DNA from: Felis catus
Lineage: Eukaryota
NCBI RefSeq assembly: GCF_018350175.1
Contig: NC_058373.1
Location: 112,408,001 to 112,472,000 of the forward strand
DNA length: 64,000 nt
Direction of reading: 5' to 3'
Shown here: in pieces, positions 1 to 10,920 of the stretch
Numbering within the stretch: position 1 is the first letter of the stretch
Layout: each line of letters opens with the position of its first letter
Translations under genes and position numbers: made by a program
Notes under the pieces: model-generated
Told to the model about the DNA's origin: nothing
Database searches by the model: none
Seen by the model: only the letters and a program-made list of their open reading frames with translations

Positions 1-63
1 CAGTGCTTTGGATTACAAGCATGCTTCTGGAATGAATTATGCTCGCAAACCAAGGTTTTACTG
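1..63. mobile_element. Terminus of a probable TcMar/Tigger-like DNA transposon, cut by the window edge
   Basis: Ends ...GCTCGCAAACCAAGGTTTTACTG followed by TA. CAG...CTG termini with a TA target are typical of Tigger/pogo elements; only one end is visible. Confidence 0.45.
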
Positions 64-89
64 TACTTGATAGCAGTTCAGTACTGTAA

Positions 90-380
90 TAGGGGCCATT
101 CTAAACAGAAGTATCCCCAACACAAAGCACAATAACACAAAAAACATGGCACTAAAGAAACTACAACAAGGATACTCATTTACAATATGAGAGTTAAAAC
201 AGGGCAGTGTGTTACCTTATTCAACTTCAGATGAGAATGTTGGGCAACTAAAAATTTTCTTTATTCTGTGCATGTCCATAAATTGTGAAATATTGCCAAT
301 ATTAATTATTGGGTTACAAATGAATTTTAGTGAGTAGGCAAATTCACAAACATGGATTCTTTGAATATTGAAGATTGTAT
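90..380 (-). mobile_element. MER82-like Tigger DNA transposon fragment
   Basis: Reverse complement resembles the recalled MER82 5' part (..TTTGCCTACTCACTAAAATTCATTTGTAACCC..TTTAGAATGGCCCC) and ends at TA. Confidence 0.6.
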
Positions 381-650
381 GTTTTCATTGGTCATGGATA
401 CATATAAGCAGAATTATTGGTCAAATAGTATTTTTAACTTTATATGATACTGCCAATATTTTCCCAAAGTAGTTGTATGATTTTTAATTCCCAACAGCAA
501 TGAATAAAAGTTCTAGTTGTTTCATGTGCTCACAAGTATCTGGTATTATCATTACTTAATTTTAACTATTGTATTGCTCTTTTAATATTTACCGGCTGTA
601 ATTATTTGTTTGTGTCTTGTCTTTTCCTCCATCTCCCTACTGAAAGCTTT

Positions 651-844
651 TTTTTTTTTTAATGTTTATTTATTTTTGAGAGTGCACAAGTTGGGGAGAG
701 GCAGAGGGAGAGAGATGGACAGAGCATCCAAAGCAGGCTTTGTGCTGACAGCAGCAAGCCCATTGTGGGCTCAAACTCAAGAATCTTGAGATATGACATG
801 AGCTGAAGTCAGACGCTCAACTGACTGAGCCACCCAGGCACCCC
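651..844 (-). mobile_element. Can-SINE
   Basis: T-tail, GA tract and GAGCCACCCAGGCACCCC head; TSD AAAGCTTT at 643 and 845. Confidence 0.95.
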
Positions 845-909
845 AAAGCTTTTTGATGGCAGCATATAATTCACCTTTGTTTTTGCCACTCTGATATTTT
901 TGAGAGGTT

Positions 910-1203
910 CTATATAGCCTTGTTGCTAAGTGTGCAAACGTTGGACCCAGCTCGCCTACGTTCAAAGCTCAGCTCTTCACCAATTAAAAGTTTTTGAGAT
1001 CTTGACAATAAAAATAACATAGTAGTAAATGAACTTTTCATAATTAATTAATTGGGTTTCCCAACAAACAATTAAATTTAGAAATCAAGCTTCTTTTGGG
1101 TTGATCAACTTGTCCCAGATCAAACAAGTAGGAAGTAGTAGAAAGATTTCAACCTAGGCTTAACTAATGCCAAAGCCTATATGCTCTTAACTACCATACA
1201 ACA
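910..1203. mobile_element. Two degraded MIR fragments (first +, second -)
   Basis: GTTCAAAGCTCAGCTCTTCACC and ACTTGTCCCAGATCA..CCAAAGCCTATATGCTCTTAACTACCATAC resemble MIR core/head. Confidence 0.5.
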
Positions 1204-2370
1204 TAGTACTGCCACCTGAATCCCACTTTAAAACCTACTCTATGTCATTAAATTTATTTACTATTCTTAATTAAGATGTAAAGGAATGAAGATACATCTT
1301 TAAATATTGAGCTTTGTGATTCATGAATTTGATGTTTCTTTCCACTTAGTTATTTTAATTTTTTCTGAATAAAAGTGCATAATTTTCAGTGTGGAGATTT
1401 TACATATCTTTCATTAGACATAATGAAATGAAAGGTTATGAATGGTTATGTGATATCTTTTGATGCTTTTGTAAGTGGTATCATTTTGAAAATCTTCATT
1501 TCTAATTGCTTGTTGCTATTAATTTTTTACATTAACCTTATACCCTTTAATTTTGCTAAATTCACTTGTTAATTCTCATGGTTTGTGTATTTTTTGCATA
1601 TATTCTTTATTGTATTGCCTAGCACCACCTGTTCATTTTTGTATAGAAATAATTGTGGATATTTTTGTTTCATTCCTAATTTGAAAGGGGAAGTTTTAAA
1701 CATTTCACCATTAAGTGTAATGTTTGCTTTAGGGTTTTTGTAGGTATCCTTTGTAGATACCAGTTAAGGAAGTTTCCTTCTATTAGTAGTGGACTCAGAG
1801 TAGTTAACATGAATGGATGTTGAATTTAATTAATTTTTTTGTTACAAATATGAGGTGTTAATGTTTTTCTCCTTTAAAAGAAAAAATATTAAATAAATTG
1901 TGTGGATTGGCTTTTAAAATACGAAACCAACTTTATATTCCAATAAACTTGACTGTATGTATTTTGTAATCACTGGATTTAATGTGCTAATATTGTGTTG
2001 AGGATTTTTGTATATATGATTATGAGTGAGGTTGTCTTATAATTTTTTTTTTGTTTAATATTATCAGGGTTATATTGGAAGGGCTCACTCTTTCTTCTGG
2101 AAGAGTTTACATAAGACTGCTAGTTCTTTCTGTTCTTTATTACTCTTACTTGTTTTTCTTGTGTTGTTGCAGTGGCTGGGATCTTAGCTGTTCACAGTAT
2201 TGAACAGAAGTGGTCAGAGTGAATATCCTTCCTTTGTTGCCAGTTATTAGTGGGAACACCTTCAGTACTTCACTATCATAAGCATTTTAAGCTTTTGGTT
2301 TTATTTATTTTTACTAGATGCCCTATACTAGATTGAGGAAGTTTACTTGTATCCTTAGCTTAAAGAGAGT

Positions 2371-2576
2371 TAAAAATTTTTTAAATGTTTATTAATTTTG
2401 AGAGAGAGAGCATGGGCAGAGGGTGAGGGGCAGAGAGACAAGGAGAGAGAATCCTAAGCAGACTCCACACTGTCAGTGCAGAGTCAATGTGGGGTTCAGA
2501 CTCACGAAATGTGAGATCACAACCTGAGCCGAGATTAAGAATTTGACACTTAACTGAATGAGCCACCCAGGCGCTT
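2371..2576 (-). mobile_element. Can-SINE
   Basis: AATGTTTATT tail through GAGCCACCCAGGCGC head. Confidence 0.93.
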
Positions 2577-2954
2577 GTGATTTTTTTAAATCATGAATTT
2601 GGGTTGAATTTTTTCAAATGCTTTTTCAGTATCTATTGGGAAGGTTCCATTGTTTTATGCATTGGTCTGTGTAGAGGTTTTAAAATGTTAATCCAATTTT
2701 GCATTTGTGGGATAAACCCAACTTGGTCTTGAAGTATTAGCCTTTTTATATATTTCTGTGTTCCATTTTCTACTTTTTAAAAAGGATTTTTGCATCTACA
2801 CTCATGATAGGTACTGGTCTGGGTTTATAATTTTGTTTTCTTGTGAAATCCTTGATCATTTTGGTCAGGATTATGCTGGCCTCATAAAATAAAGTAAGAA
2901 GTTAAATATCTGATAGAATTTTTCAATAAAATCATCAGAATCTGGGATTGGAGG

Positions 2955-3097
2955 ATATCTATATCTATATCTATATCTATATCTATATCTATATCTATAT
3001 CTATATCTATATCTATATCTATATCTATATCTATCTATATCTATCTATCTATCTATATATGTGTGTGTATATATATATATATATATTTTTTTTTTTT
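2955..3097. repeat. Compound microsatellite (ATATCT)n-(TG)n-(TA)n-poly T
   Basis: Direct reading. Confidence 0.97.
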
Positions 3098-3327
3098 AAA
3101 GATAGGGTTAGGAGGTGGAGGTTTCTTAATTAGGGAAAATACCATTCTAATTTTATGTTTTTTCTTATGTGAATCTTGGTAAGTTGTAGTTTTTCAAGGA
3201 ATCATCCATTTTATCTAAATTTTGAAATATATTAGCAAGCAATAGGTCATAATATCCCCTTATACTTTTAATGTCTGTATAATCTTTTATGATGTATATC
3301 AGATCTTTTAATCTTGATATGGTCGGG

Positions 3328-3371
3328 TGTGTGTGTGTGTGTGTGTCTGTGTGTGTGTATGTGTGTGTGTT
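3328..3371. repeat. (TG)n microsatellite
   Basis: Direct reading. Confidence 0.95.
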
Positions 3372-3977
3372 TCTGTCTTGCCACAAACTTATCAATTTTA
3401 TTAAGGTTTTCAAAGACCCAATTATTGATGTGATTTTTCTCTATTTGTCTGTTTTTTATTTTAATGATTTCTATTCTTTATCGTTTCCTTTTACTCAATT
3501 TACTTTGGAATTGGTTACCTCTCCCTGCCTTCCTTCCCCCACCTACCCCAACCTGGCCCAAGATTCTTAAGGTAGAAACTTAGATCTTTGATTTTAAACT
3601 TTCTTCTTTTATAATATGGGCTTTTAAAATTAATTTTCCCTACAAAATGCTTTATCGGCCTCTTGAAATTTTTGATGTGTTGGGTATTGTTATTTGTTTG
3701 AAGTATTTTTTGTTTTCTCTTGTGATTTCTTCTATGGCATATGGTTATTTAGAAATACATTTCTTAAATTTCTTACTGCTTGTGAAATTTTCTCGTTTTT
3801 ATTGAGTTTTTACTGTAATGCTCTTGAGGTCAGAAAACGTACTTTGTATAATTGCAGTCTTTTATAATTTATTAAGACTTATTCTATAGTTCAGCACAAG
3901 ATCTGTTTGGCAAATGTTTGTGTACCCATAAGTATCTGTTTTTCTTGTGTATCATGCCTTGTAATTTTTTTTTCTTT

Positions 3978-4198
3978 AAAAAAATTTTTTTTTAACGTTT
4001 ATTCATTTTTGAGAGGCAGAGAGAGACATAGCGTGAGCAGGGGAGGGGCAAAGAGAGAAAGACACACAGAATCCAAAGCAGGCTCCAGGCCCTGAATTGT
4101 CAGCATAGAGCCCGATGTGGGGCTTGAACCCACAAACCATGAGATCATGACCTGAACTGAAGTCAGCTGCTTAACCGACTGAGCCACCCAGGCGCCCC
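3978..4198 (-). mobile_element. Can-SINE inserted in the tail of an L1
   Basis: Complete head GCCACCCAGGCGCCCC; flanking repeat ATTTTTTTTTCTTT. Confidence 0.95.
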
Positions 4199-4559
4199 AT
4201 TTTTTTTTCTTTTTTAGTTTCAGGTATACAATATAATGATTTAACAATTCTATATATTAGTGCTCATCAAGATTAGTGTACTCTTATTTTCCTTTATCTA
4301 TCTTAATTTCCTTTATATTATCACCCATTCTTCTACCCACCTACCATCTGGCAACCACCAGTTTGTTCTCTATATTTGAGTCTGGTGTTTTGTTTTTGTT
4401 TTTGTCTCTGTTCATTTGTTTCTTAAATTTCACATGAGTGAAATCATCAGTATGTGTCTTTTTAAACTGATTTATTTCACTTAGCATTATACCTTCTAGG
4501 TCCATCCATGTTGTTGCATACAGTAAGATCTCATTCTTTTTAATAGCCAACTAATACTT

Positions 4560-4594
<35 letters not shown>

Positions 4595-5697
4595 TTAATA
4601 AAACCATATCTTCTTTCTCTGTTCATCAGTCACTGGACACTTGGTTTGCTTATATTGTCTGTTGTAAATAATGTTGCACATAGGGGTGCATATATCTTTT
4701 CAAATTAGTGTTTTTATTTTCTTTGGGTAAATACCCAGTGGTGGAATTACTGGACCATATGGTACTTCTATTTTTAATTTTTTGAGGTACCTCCATACTG
4801 TTTTCTACAGAGATTACACCAATTTGCATTCCCACCAACAAGTACAAGGGTTTCTTTTTCTCCACATCCTTTCAAACACTTGTTATTTCTTGTATTTTTC
4901 ATTTTAGTCATTCTGACAGGTATAAGGTGATATCTCTTTGTAGTTTTGATTAGCATTTCCTTAATGATGAGTGATGTTCAGCATATTGTCATGTGTCTGT
5001 TGGCCATCTATATGTTGTCTTTGGAAAAATTGTCTATTCAGGTCTTCTGCCCATTTTTAATTGGATTATTTGTGGTTTTTTCATGTTGAATTGTATAAGT
5101 TCTTTTTATATTTTGGATATTAACTCCTTATCAGATACATCATTTGCAAATATCTTCTCTCATTTAGTAGGTTGCCTTCTTGTTTTATTGATGGTTTTCT
5201 TTGATGTACAAAAGCTTTTTATTTCTGTAGAGACCCAAAAGTTTCTTTTTCTTTGTTTCTCTTGCCTAAGGAGACATATCCATAAATATGTCACTAAGAC
5301 TGATGTCCTAGAGATTATTACCTTTATTTGCTCTTAGCAGTTTTCTGGTCTCAGGTCTCACATTTAGGTCTTTAATCCATTTTGAATTAATTTTTGTGTA
5401 TGGTGTAAGAAAGTGGTCTGATTTCATTCTTTGGCATGTAGCTGTCCCATTTTCCCAGCACCATTTATTAAAGAGACTATCTTTTCCCCATTATATATTC
5501 TTGCCTCCTTTGTTGTAGATTAATTGATCGTGTAAGTGTGGGTTTATTTCTGGGCTCTCTTTTGTTGCATTGATTTATGTCTGTTTTTGTGTTAGCACCG
5601 TACTGTTTTGATTACTATAGCTTTGTCACGTGTCTTGAAATCTGGGATTTTGATACCTCTGGCTTTGTTCTTCTTTCTCAAGATTGCTTTGGCTGTT
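4199..5697 (-). mobile_element. 5'-truncated carnivore L1 (3'UTR plus ORF2 C-terminus)
   Basis: Track peptides AIKKNEILLYATTWMDLEGIMLSEI and [14 protein letters not shown]; (TG)n at 4562-4593. Confidence 0.93.
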
Positions 5698-5984
5698 ATT
5701 AATGTCTGTGTGAAAGAAGTTGATAATGTTCAAATCTTCTGTATACTTGCTGATTAATTTTTTACTTGTTCTATTACTGATTAAATTAGATTAAAATATC
5801 TAATGTATCTAATGGTTATAGATTAATAAATTCTTTCAGCTCTGTCAATTCTTTATTCACCTATTTGGAGATTTGTTGCAATATGTTATGTGTATTAGAC
5901 AAATTGACCTTTTTAACCATTAAGAAAATCCCTTTATTCTGTCTTTCTTTTTAAGCATTCTTTGATACTGATATAACCATACTA

Positions 5985-6182
5985 GTTTTTTTAATTATTA
6001 TTATAGTTAAATACATGTAACATGAAAGTTACCTTCTTAACCATTTTTAAGTGTGCAGTTCAGTGATTTTAAATACGTTCAGAGTTGTGCCACCATCACC
6101 ACTATCCATTCCTATAACTATTTTTATTTTGTAAAATGGAAACTCTATACCTATTTAACAAGAATTCTCCATTGTCCCCTTT
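5985..6182 (-). mobile_element. L1MA/MB-type 3' end
   Basis: TTAACCATTTTTAAGTGTGCAGTTCAGTG..CACCATCACCACTATCCAT 3'UTR motif. Confidence 0.7.
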
Positions 6183-6340
6183 AAGTCTCCATATTTTTTC
6201 CAATTTTTACTTTCTACCTGTTTGTTTCTATCTTTTGAAAATTATATTTTTGAATAAATAACATACAGTTGGGTCTTGCTATTTTTCCCTTGGCTTGATA
6301 CTTTCTTCTAATTTTGGTGTTGGTTCCATTTATTTTTTTA

Positions 6341-6560
6341 TTCTTTTAAAGTTTTATTTATTTATTTGCAGAGAGTGCTAGAGCAAGTGTGAGCAGAGAA
6401 GGGGCAGAGAGAGAGAGAGGGAGAGAGAGAGAATCCCAAGCAGGCTCCACACTGTCAGCACAGAGCCCGATACGGGGCTCAACCCCATGAACTGTGAGAT
6501 GATGACCTAAGCTGACATCAAGAGTTGGCCACTTAACTGACTGAGCCACCCACGTGCCCC
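6341..6560 (-). mobile_element. Can-SINE
   Basis: TSD TCCATTTATTTTT on both sides. Confidence 0.95.
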
Positions 6561-6637
6561 TCCATTTATTTTTAAAACAGCTTTATTGAGGCATAATTGA
6601 CATACAATAAACTGTACATTTAAAATACATGGTTTTA

Positions 6638-6853
6638 GGGGTGTCTGGGTGCCTCAGTCGGTTGAGCATCTGACTTCCCCTCAGGTCATGATATCACGGT
6701 TCGTGGGTTAGAGTGCTGTGTAGGGCTCTGTGCTGATAGCTCAGAGCCTGGAGGCTGCTTTAGATGGTGTGTCTCCCCCTCTCTCTGCCCCTCCCCTGCT
6801 TGCACTTTGTCTCTTTCTTTCTCCAAAATAAATAATGAAAAACATTAAAAAAT
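6638..6853 (+). mobile_element. Can-SINE
   Basis: GGGGTGTCTGGGTGCCTCAGTCGGTTGAGC head, CT tract, AATAAA tail; imperfect TSD ATACATG(G/A)TTTT. Confidence 0.95.
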
Positions 6854-7369
6854 TTAGATACATGATTTTGTACATTTTGATGAATATATTTATTGTGAAA
6901 CTGTCACCGTAATCAGGAGGGTATATCTATACATTATCCTCCAAGAAGTACAAAAAGTTGCTATGTTCTCCTTTGTAATCTTTTTCTTCTGCTCTACTCT
7001 ACCTCCATTGATGTCTTAGCTGTTTTCTATCACAATGATTAGTTTCCTTTACCTAGAATTTTATATAAATGGAATCATATAGTATATTGTCAGGTTCTTA
7101 CTCCTTTCACTCAGCACAGTTATTTTGAAGTTGCTCTTATTAATATCCCTTTTTATTGCCTACTCATATTCCTTTGTATGGATATACTAGAATATGTTTA
7201 CCTATTTACCTCCTCATAGACACTTTGTTGTTTCTAATTTTAGGTTATTACAAATAAAGCTGCTATAAATGTACATATATAAGTGTTAGTATGGACATAT
7301 TTTTTTTATTCATTTGGGTAAATTTACAGGAGTGGAATGGCTGGATCATTTGGTAGATATATGTTTAAC

Positions 7370-7564
7370 TTTTTTATTTTTAATTTTAGAGAGAGAAAGC
7401 ATGTGCACAAACAGGGGAGAGGGGCAGACGGAGAAAGAGAATCTTAAGCAGGCACCATGTTCAGTGTGGAGCCCAACATGGGGCTCTATCCCACGACCCT
7501 GGGATCATGACCTGAGCCAAAATCAAGAGTCAGACACTCAACTGACTCAGCCACCCAGACACCC
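7370..7564 (-). mobile_element. Can-SINE (older subfamily)
   Basis: TSD TATATGTTTA(A/G)CTTTT. Confidence 0.9.
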
Positions 7565-8017
7565 TGGTATATGTTTAGCTTTTAGGAAACTACCAAGTTG
7601 TTTTACAGTATAGTTGTTTCCACTAGCAGTGTGTTAATCCCATCACCAGTTCCTTCATATTCTCACCTATATATGGTCAGTCTTTTTAATTTTACCTGTT
7701 CTAATAGGTATTTAGTTGTATGTGGTTTTAATTTGCATTTCCTTAGCAACTAATAATAATAATGTTTAACATCTTTTTAAGTGGGATTTTTTGGCTTTAT
7801 TCTTTATTTAATTATTTTTTACCATACATATATCTTCTTTGGTGAAATGTTCAAATCTTTTGTTTATTGAGTTTTTCCTTTTCATTGAGATTTGAGCATA
7901 TATTTGAATGCAAGTCAGATATATATTTTGCAAATATTTACTCACAGTCTGTGACTTTTCCTTTTTTACTAGTGTGTTTCGAAGAGCAGAAATTTTAAAT
8001 TATGAATAATAGCATAA

Positions 8018-8089
8018 TTTTTTTATTTAATTTTTTTTCTTTTTTTAAATGTTTATTGTTAGAGAAAATGTGAGTCGGGGAGTGGGGGG

Positions 8090-8127
<38 letters not shown>

Positions 8128-8254
8128 ATCTGAAGCAGCCTCAGGTTCTGAGCTGTCAGCACAGAGCCCAGCATGGGGCTCAAACCCATGAACGATGAGA
8201 TCGTGACCTGAGCTGAGTCAGACATTTTAACTGACTGAGCCACCCAGGTGCCCC
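8018..8254 (-). mobile_element. Can-SINE with (GACA)n expansion
   Basis: TSD AATAGCATAA. Confidence 0.95.
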
Positions 8255-8264
8255 AATAGCATAA

Positions 8265-8482
8265 CTTTTAAAAGACACATATGAGAACATCTTTGTTTTC
8301 TCAGAGTCAATGAAGATTTCTGAGATATCATACCATAAGCGTAAGCCGTAAAAGAAAAATACATAAATTAGACTTCATCAAAACCAAAAACTGTTGTATT
8401 GTAAAAGACTCTGTTAAAAGGTTGGAAAGAAAAACTGTAGATTGGAGAAAATATTTGCAAAACTCGTATCTGACAAAGACTG
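8265..8482 (+). mobile_element. Old L1 ORF2 fragment
   Basis: AAATTAGACTTCATCAAAA..GATTGGAGAAAATATTTGCAAAACTCGTATCTGACAAAG (LDFIK..WRKYLQ/WEKIFA region). Confidence 0.8.
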
Positions 8483-8499
8483 ACAGAGAAGGAGAGGAA

Positions 8500-10250
8500 G
8501 AACTCAAATTTTTATGGCACTGTTGAATACAGGTGCTCAAGTCACCATTTTCTTTAGTCCCATGTGAGGAGGGAAAGCTGGGTGCCAGAGTTGCTGAAGT
8601 ACCAAAGTTTGTAGGGAAAAGATGCAGTGATATGCAGGTTCTCTGAACTTGGGTGCTTTTCAGATATCAGAAGTTGTATGAGAGAGTAAGTAATTGTGGT
8701 CTAGCCCCAAACCTTAAGTGAGCAGCCAAAGGAGAGAAAAAGCCTGCTGCTTTCTCGTGTCCCTACTGTCTTTTTCCTCTCTTACTGCATTTTGCCCCTG
8801 TGTTCTCCCTGGGAATATCATAATCATATATCATAATTTATGCTATAGTTCCTGATGTGTGCCTGTTAGACATCTTGGTCATATTCTGGTAGGAGAAAAA
8901 GTACCTGAGTTCAACTGATAGATTTAAACAAAGTTCGCAGTACGGAAGTAATGTTAAACTGACCTTGTGGGTATATCCCGTGAATTTATCATGTACAGTT
9001 TACCTGAAGTGTTTAGGCCTGGTTCACTGATGGTTCAGCTAAGTGTCCACAGGGTGGCAGCCACCCTCCAGCTCCAAGGACAACTCTAGAGGACTAATTG
9101 TGGTAAGGATTGATTCACACAATAGGCTGAATTGAAAGTTATTTTCTTTGCCTTAGACTGTGGGTTGGCAAACTTCAGCCTGTGTGCCAAATCTGGTTGT
9201 AGCCTATGTTTATACTGCTTTTAATCTGGAAATTGTTTTTACATTTTTTAAACATTAGGAATAAAAAGAATACACGCTGGAGACTGTATGTGGCTTACAA
9301 AGCTTAAAATATTTGTTTGCCCTTTTTAAGAAAGGCCAAGTCCTGCCTTAATAGTACTCTGAAGGATCAAGTAAGTTCTGTTTTTCCTGAGTGTTGGGCT
9401 ATTGTCAAAGGCCTCATTTGGGTAAAATTAGAGAATAGCAGATTAAAGGCACATCCTTCATGTGGGCTACAAACTGAGGAAACAAATCATAGATGCTCTT
9501 TGGAAGGTCTTGGTCACTCATGTTGATGCTTAGAGTCAGGAGCTGTTTTTAAATGAGATTGACTGGAATCAAATGGCTGATTAGACCCACACTCCCAGAT
9601 CACCACCCTGGCCACTTAGATCCATCATTGTACTGGTTATGGCAGTATACCCACCATCATAGACTGGGTCAACAATAGAGTAAGTACTGTATGCTTATGA
9701 TGCAGAAGCTGTCACTTCTTGCCAAACCTATTATTCCTGATAGAAGTCGTCCCCTTTTTATCATGGTGAAGGCCCATTTGACTCCATCTTGGGTCTACTG
9801 TTGGTGCTTCATTCCATCTTGAGTCTACTCCTGGTGCCTCATATAACTTTTTCAGTTAATGGTAGTGTTGTCCAGTCAGATGTTGTTACCAGTCAGGCCA
9901 TCACTGACTGGCCATACCATTGTGGCCCCTGAAACTAATGTGACATGTATTTTGGCCTTCTGAACCATTTATATTCTGACAATGATGTTCTTTTTGTCAC
10001 AAAGGCCAAACTCAGTGGGCCAATAGTCAAACTATTTGATGGAAGTTCTATGTCTTATACCATCCACAGGTATCTGAATTGGCCTTGAGCACTGGATTGG
10101 CCTCCTCTAACATCAGCTCAGGAAGATTTCTGACTCTGTTCTTAACTGCTCCTGGTATACATACCTTGGTAAGGCAATTTGATGCTAAATTTGGTCATCC
10201 TCAGAAAGGGATCATCTCTTGACTGCTTCCTTGCTAATGATAAGGGCTAA
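8500..10250 (+). mobile_element. Decayed ERVL-class (class III) endogenous retrovirus pol fossil: protease, RNase H and integrase remnants
   Basis: Manual translation: FMALLNTGAQVTI from 8511 (cf. LLDTG); AWFTDGSAK from 9017; FPECWAIVKGLIW ~9380 (cf. YTDSWAVANGL); THVDA ~9515; IH..TG..CHSCQ ~9620-9725; YSDND ~9972; WKFYVLYHPQ..HWIGLL ~10040-10107 (cf. ERWNGLL). Many stops and frameshifts; no LTR recognised. Confidence 0.85.
9158..9344 (+). mobile_element. MER58-like hAT-Charlie MITE inserted in the ERVL RNase H
   Basis: GGGTTGGCAAACTTCAGCC..GCCAAATCTGG start; GAGACTGTATGTGGC..AAAGCTTAAAATATTT..CCTG end; CCTTA-containing flanks. Confidence 0.8.
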
Positions 10251-10647
10251 AGGGATAGGAGATTATGTAGATCTATTCTAAAAATAGGGGATTTTTGCTC
10301 TGACCATTCCTGGGCATGATGCTTCTTTCTTTTTCTGGCTAGTTTGGTTGGTTACATCCTCAGTGTGTCAGCTTAGCCAGAAAGGGGAAAGTTGGCCAAC
10401 AAGTACAGACTCTCTTTGTGGCCAGGGTTCTAGAGATTTTAGTCATCATGCTAGCCCATCCTTATCTTTAAATAGTCATTTAGATGTTTCTAGTTCTTCT
10501 TTCTAATCCCCATCTTCCTGCTACAGTTACTCTATCAAGGATGAAAGTAGCTCTTCTGTTCTTCCATTTTCTGGATTTTAGTTCTTTTAGGTTTCTTTGC
10601 CTCTTAGTTCTGTGACAGGTTTTGTTTTTTTTAATGTTTTTGTTACT

Positions 10648-10659
<12 letters not shown>

Positions 10660-10693
<34 letters not shown>

Positions 10694-10920
10694 ATTTAAA
10701 AAAAAAATTTTTTTTTTAACGTTTATTTATTTTTGGGACAGTGAGAGACAGAGCATGAACGGGGGAGGGGCAGAGAGAGAGGGAGACACAGAATCGGAAA
10801 CAGGCTCCAGGCTCTGAGCCATCAGCCAAGAGCCTGATGCGGGGCTCGAACTCCCGGACCGCGAGATCGTGACCTGGCTGAAGTCGGACACTTAACCGAC
10901 TGCGCCACCCAGGCGCCCCC
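10660..10920 (-). mobile_element. Young SINEC_Fc-type SINE with (ATTT)n tail
   Basis: CpG-rich, near consensus; perfect 16-bp TSD TACTATTATTTATTTA at 10644 and 10921. Confidence 0.97.

Larger units (their letters stand above)
1300..6325 (-). mobile_element. Ancient L1M ORF2 relic, interrupted by younger insertions
   Basis: Antisense ORF2 motifs (CATTTCACCATTAAG, GGATAAACCCAACTTGGTC); track peptide ..IRGYYDLLLANIFQNLDKMDDSLKNYNLPRFT. Confidence 0.75.
6570..8007 (-). mobile_element. Old L1 (L1MB/MC-type) 3' end, split by two SINEs
   Basis: CAGCTTTATTGAGGCATAATTGACATACAATAAACTGTACA terminus followed by antisense ORF2-end motifs. Confidence 0.8.

Noticed and set aside
7900..8482. Possible second twin-priming inversion
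   Set aside because: The arms overlap by about 100 bp in L1 coordinates and are too decayed; no TSD found, so two separate elements are equally likely.
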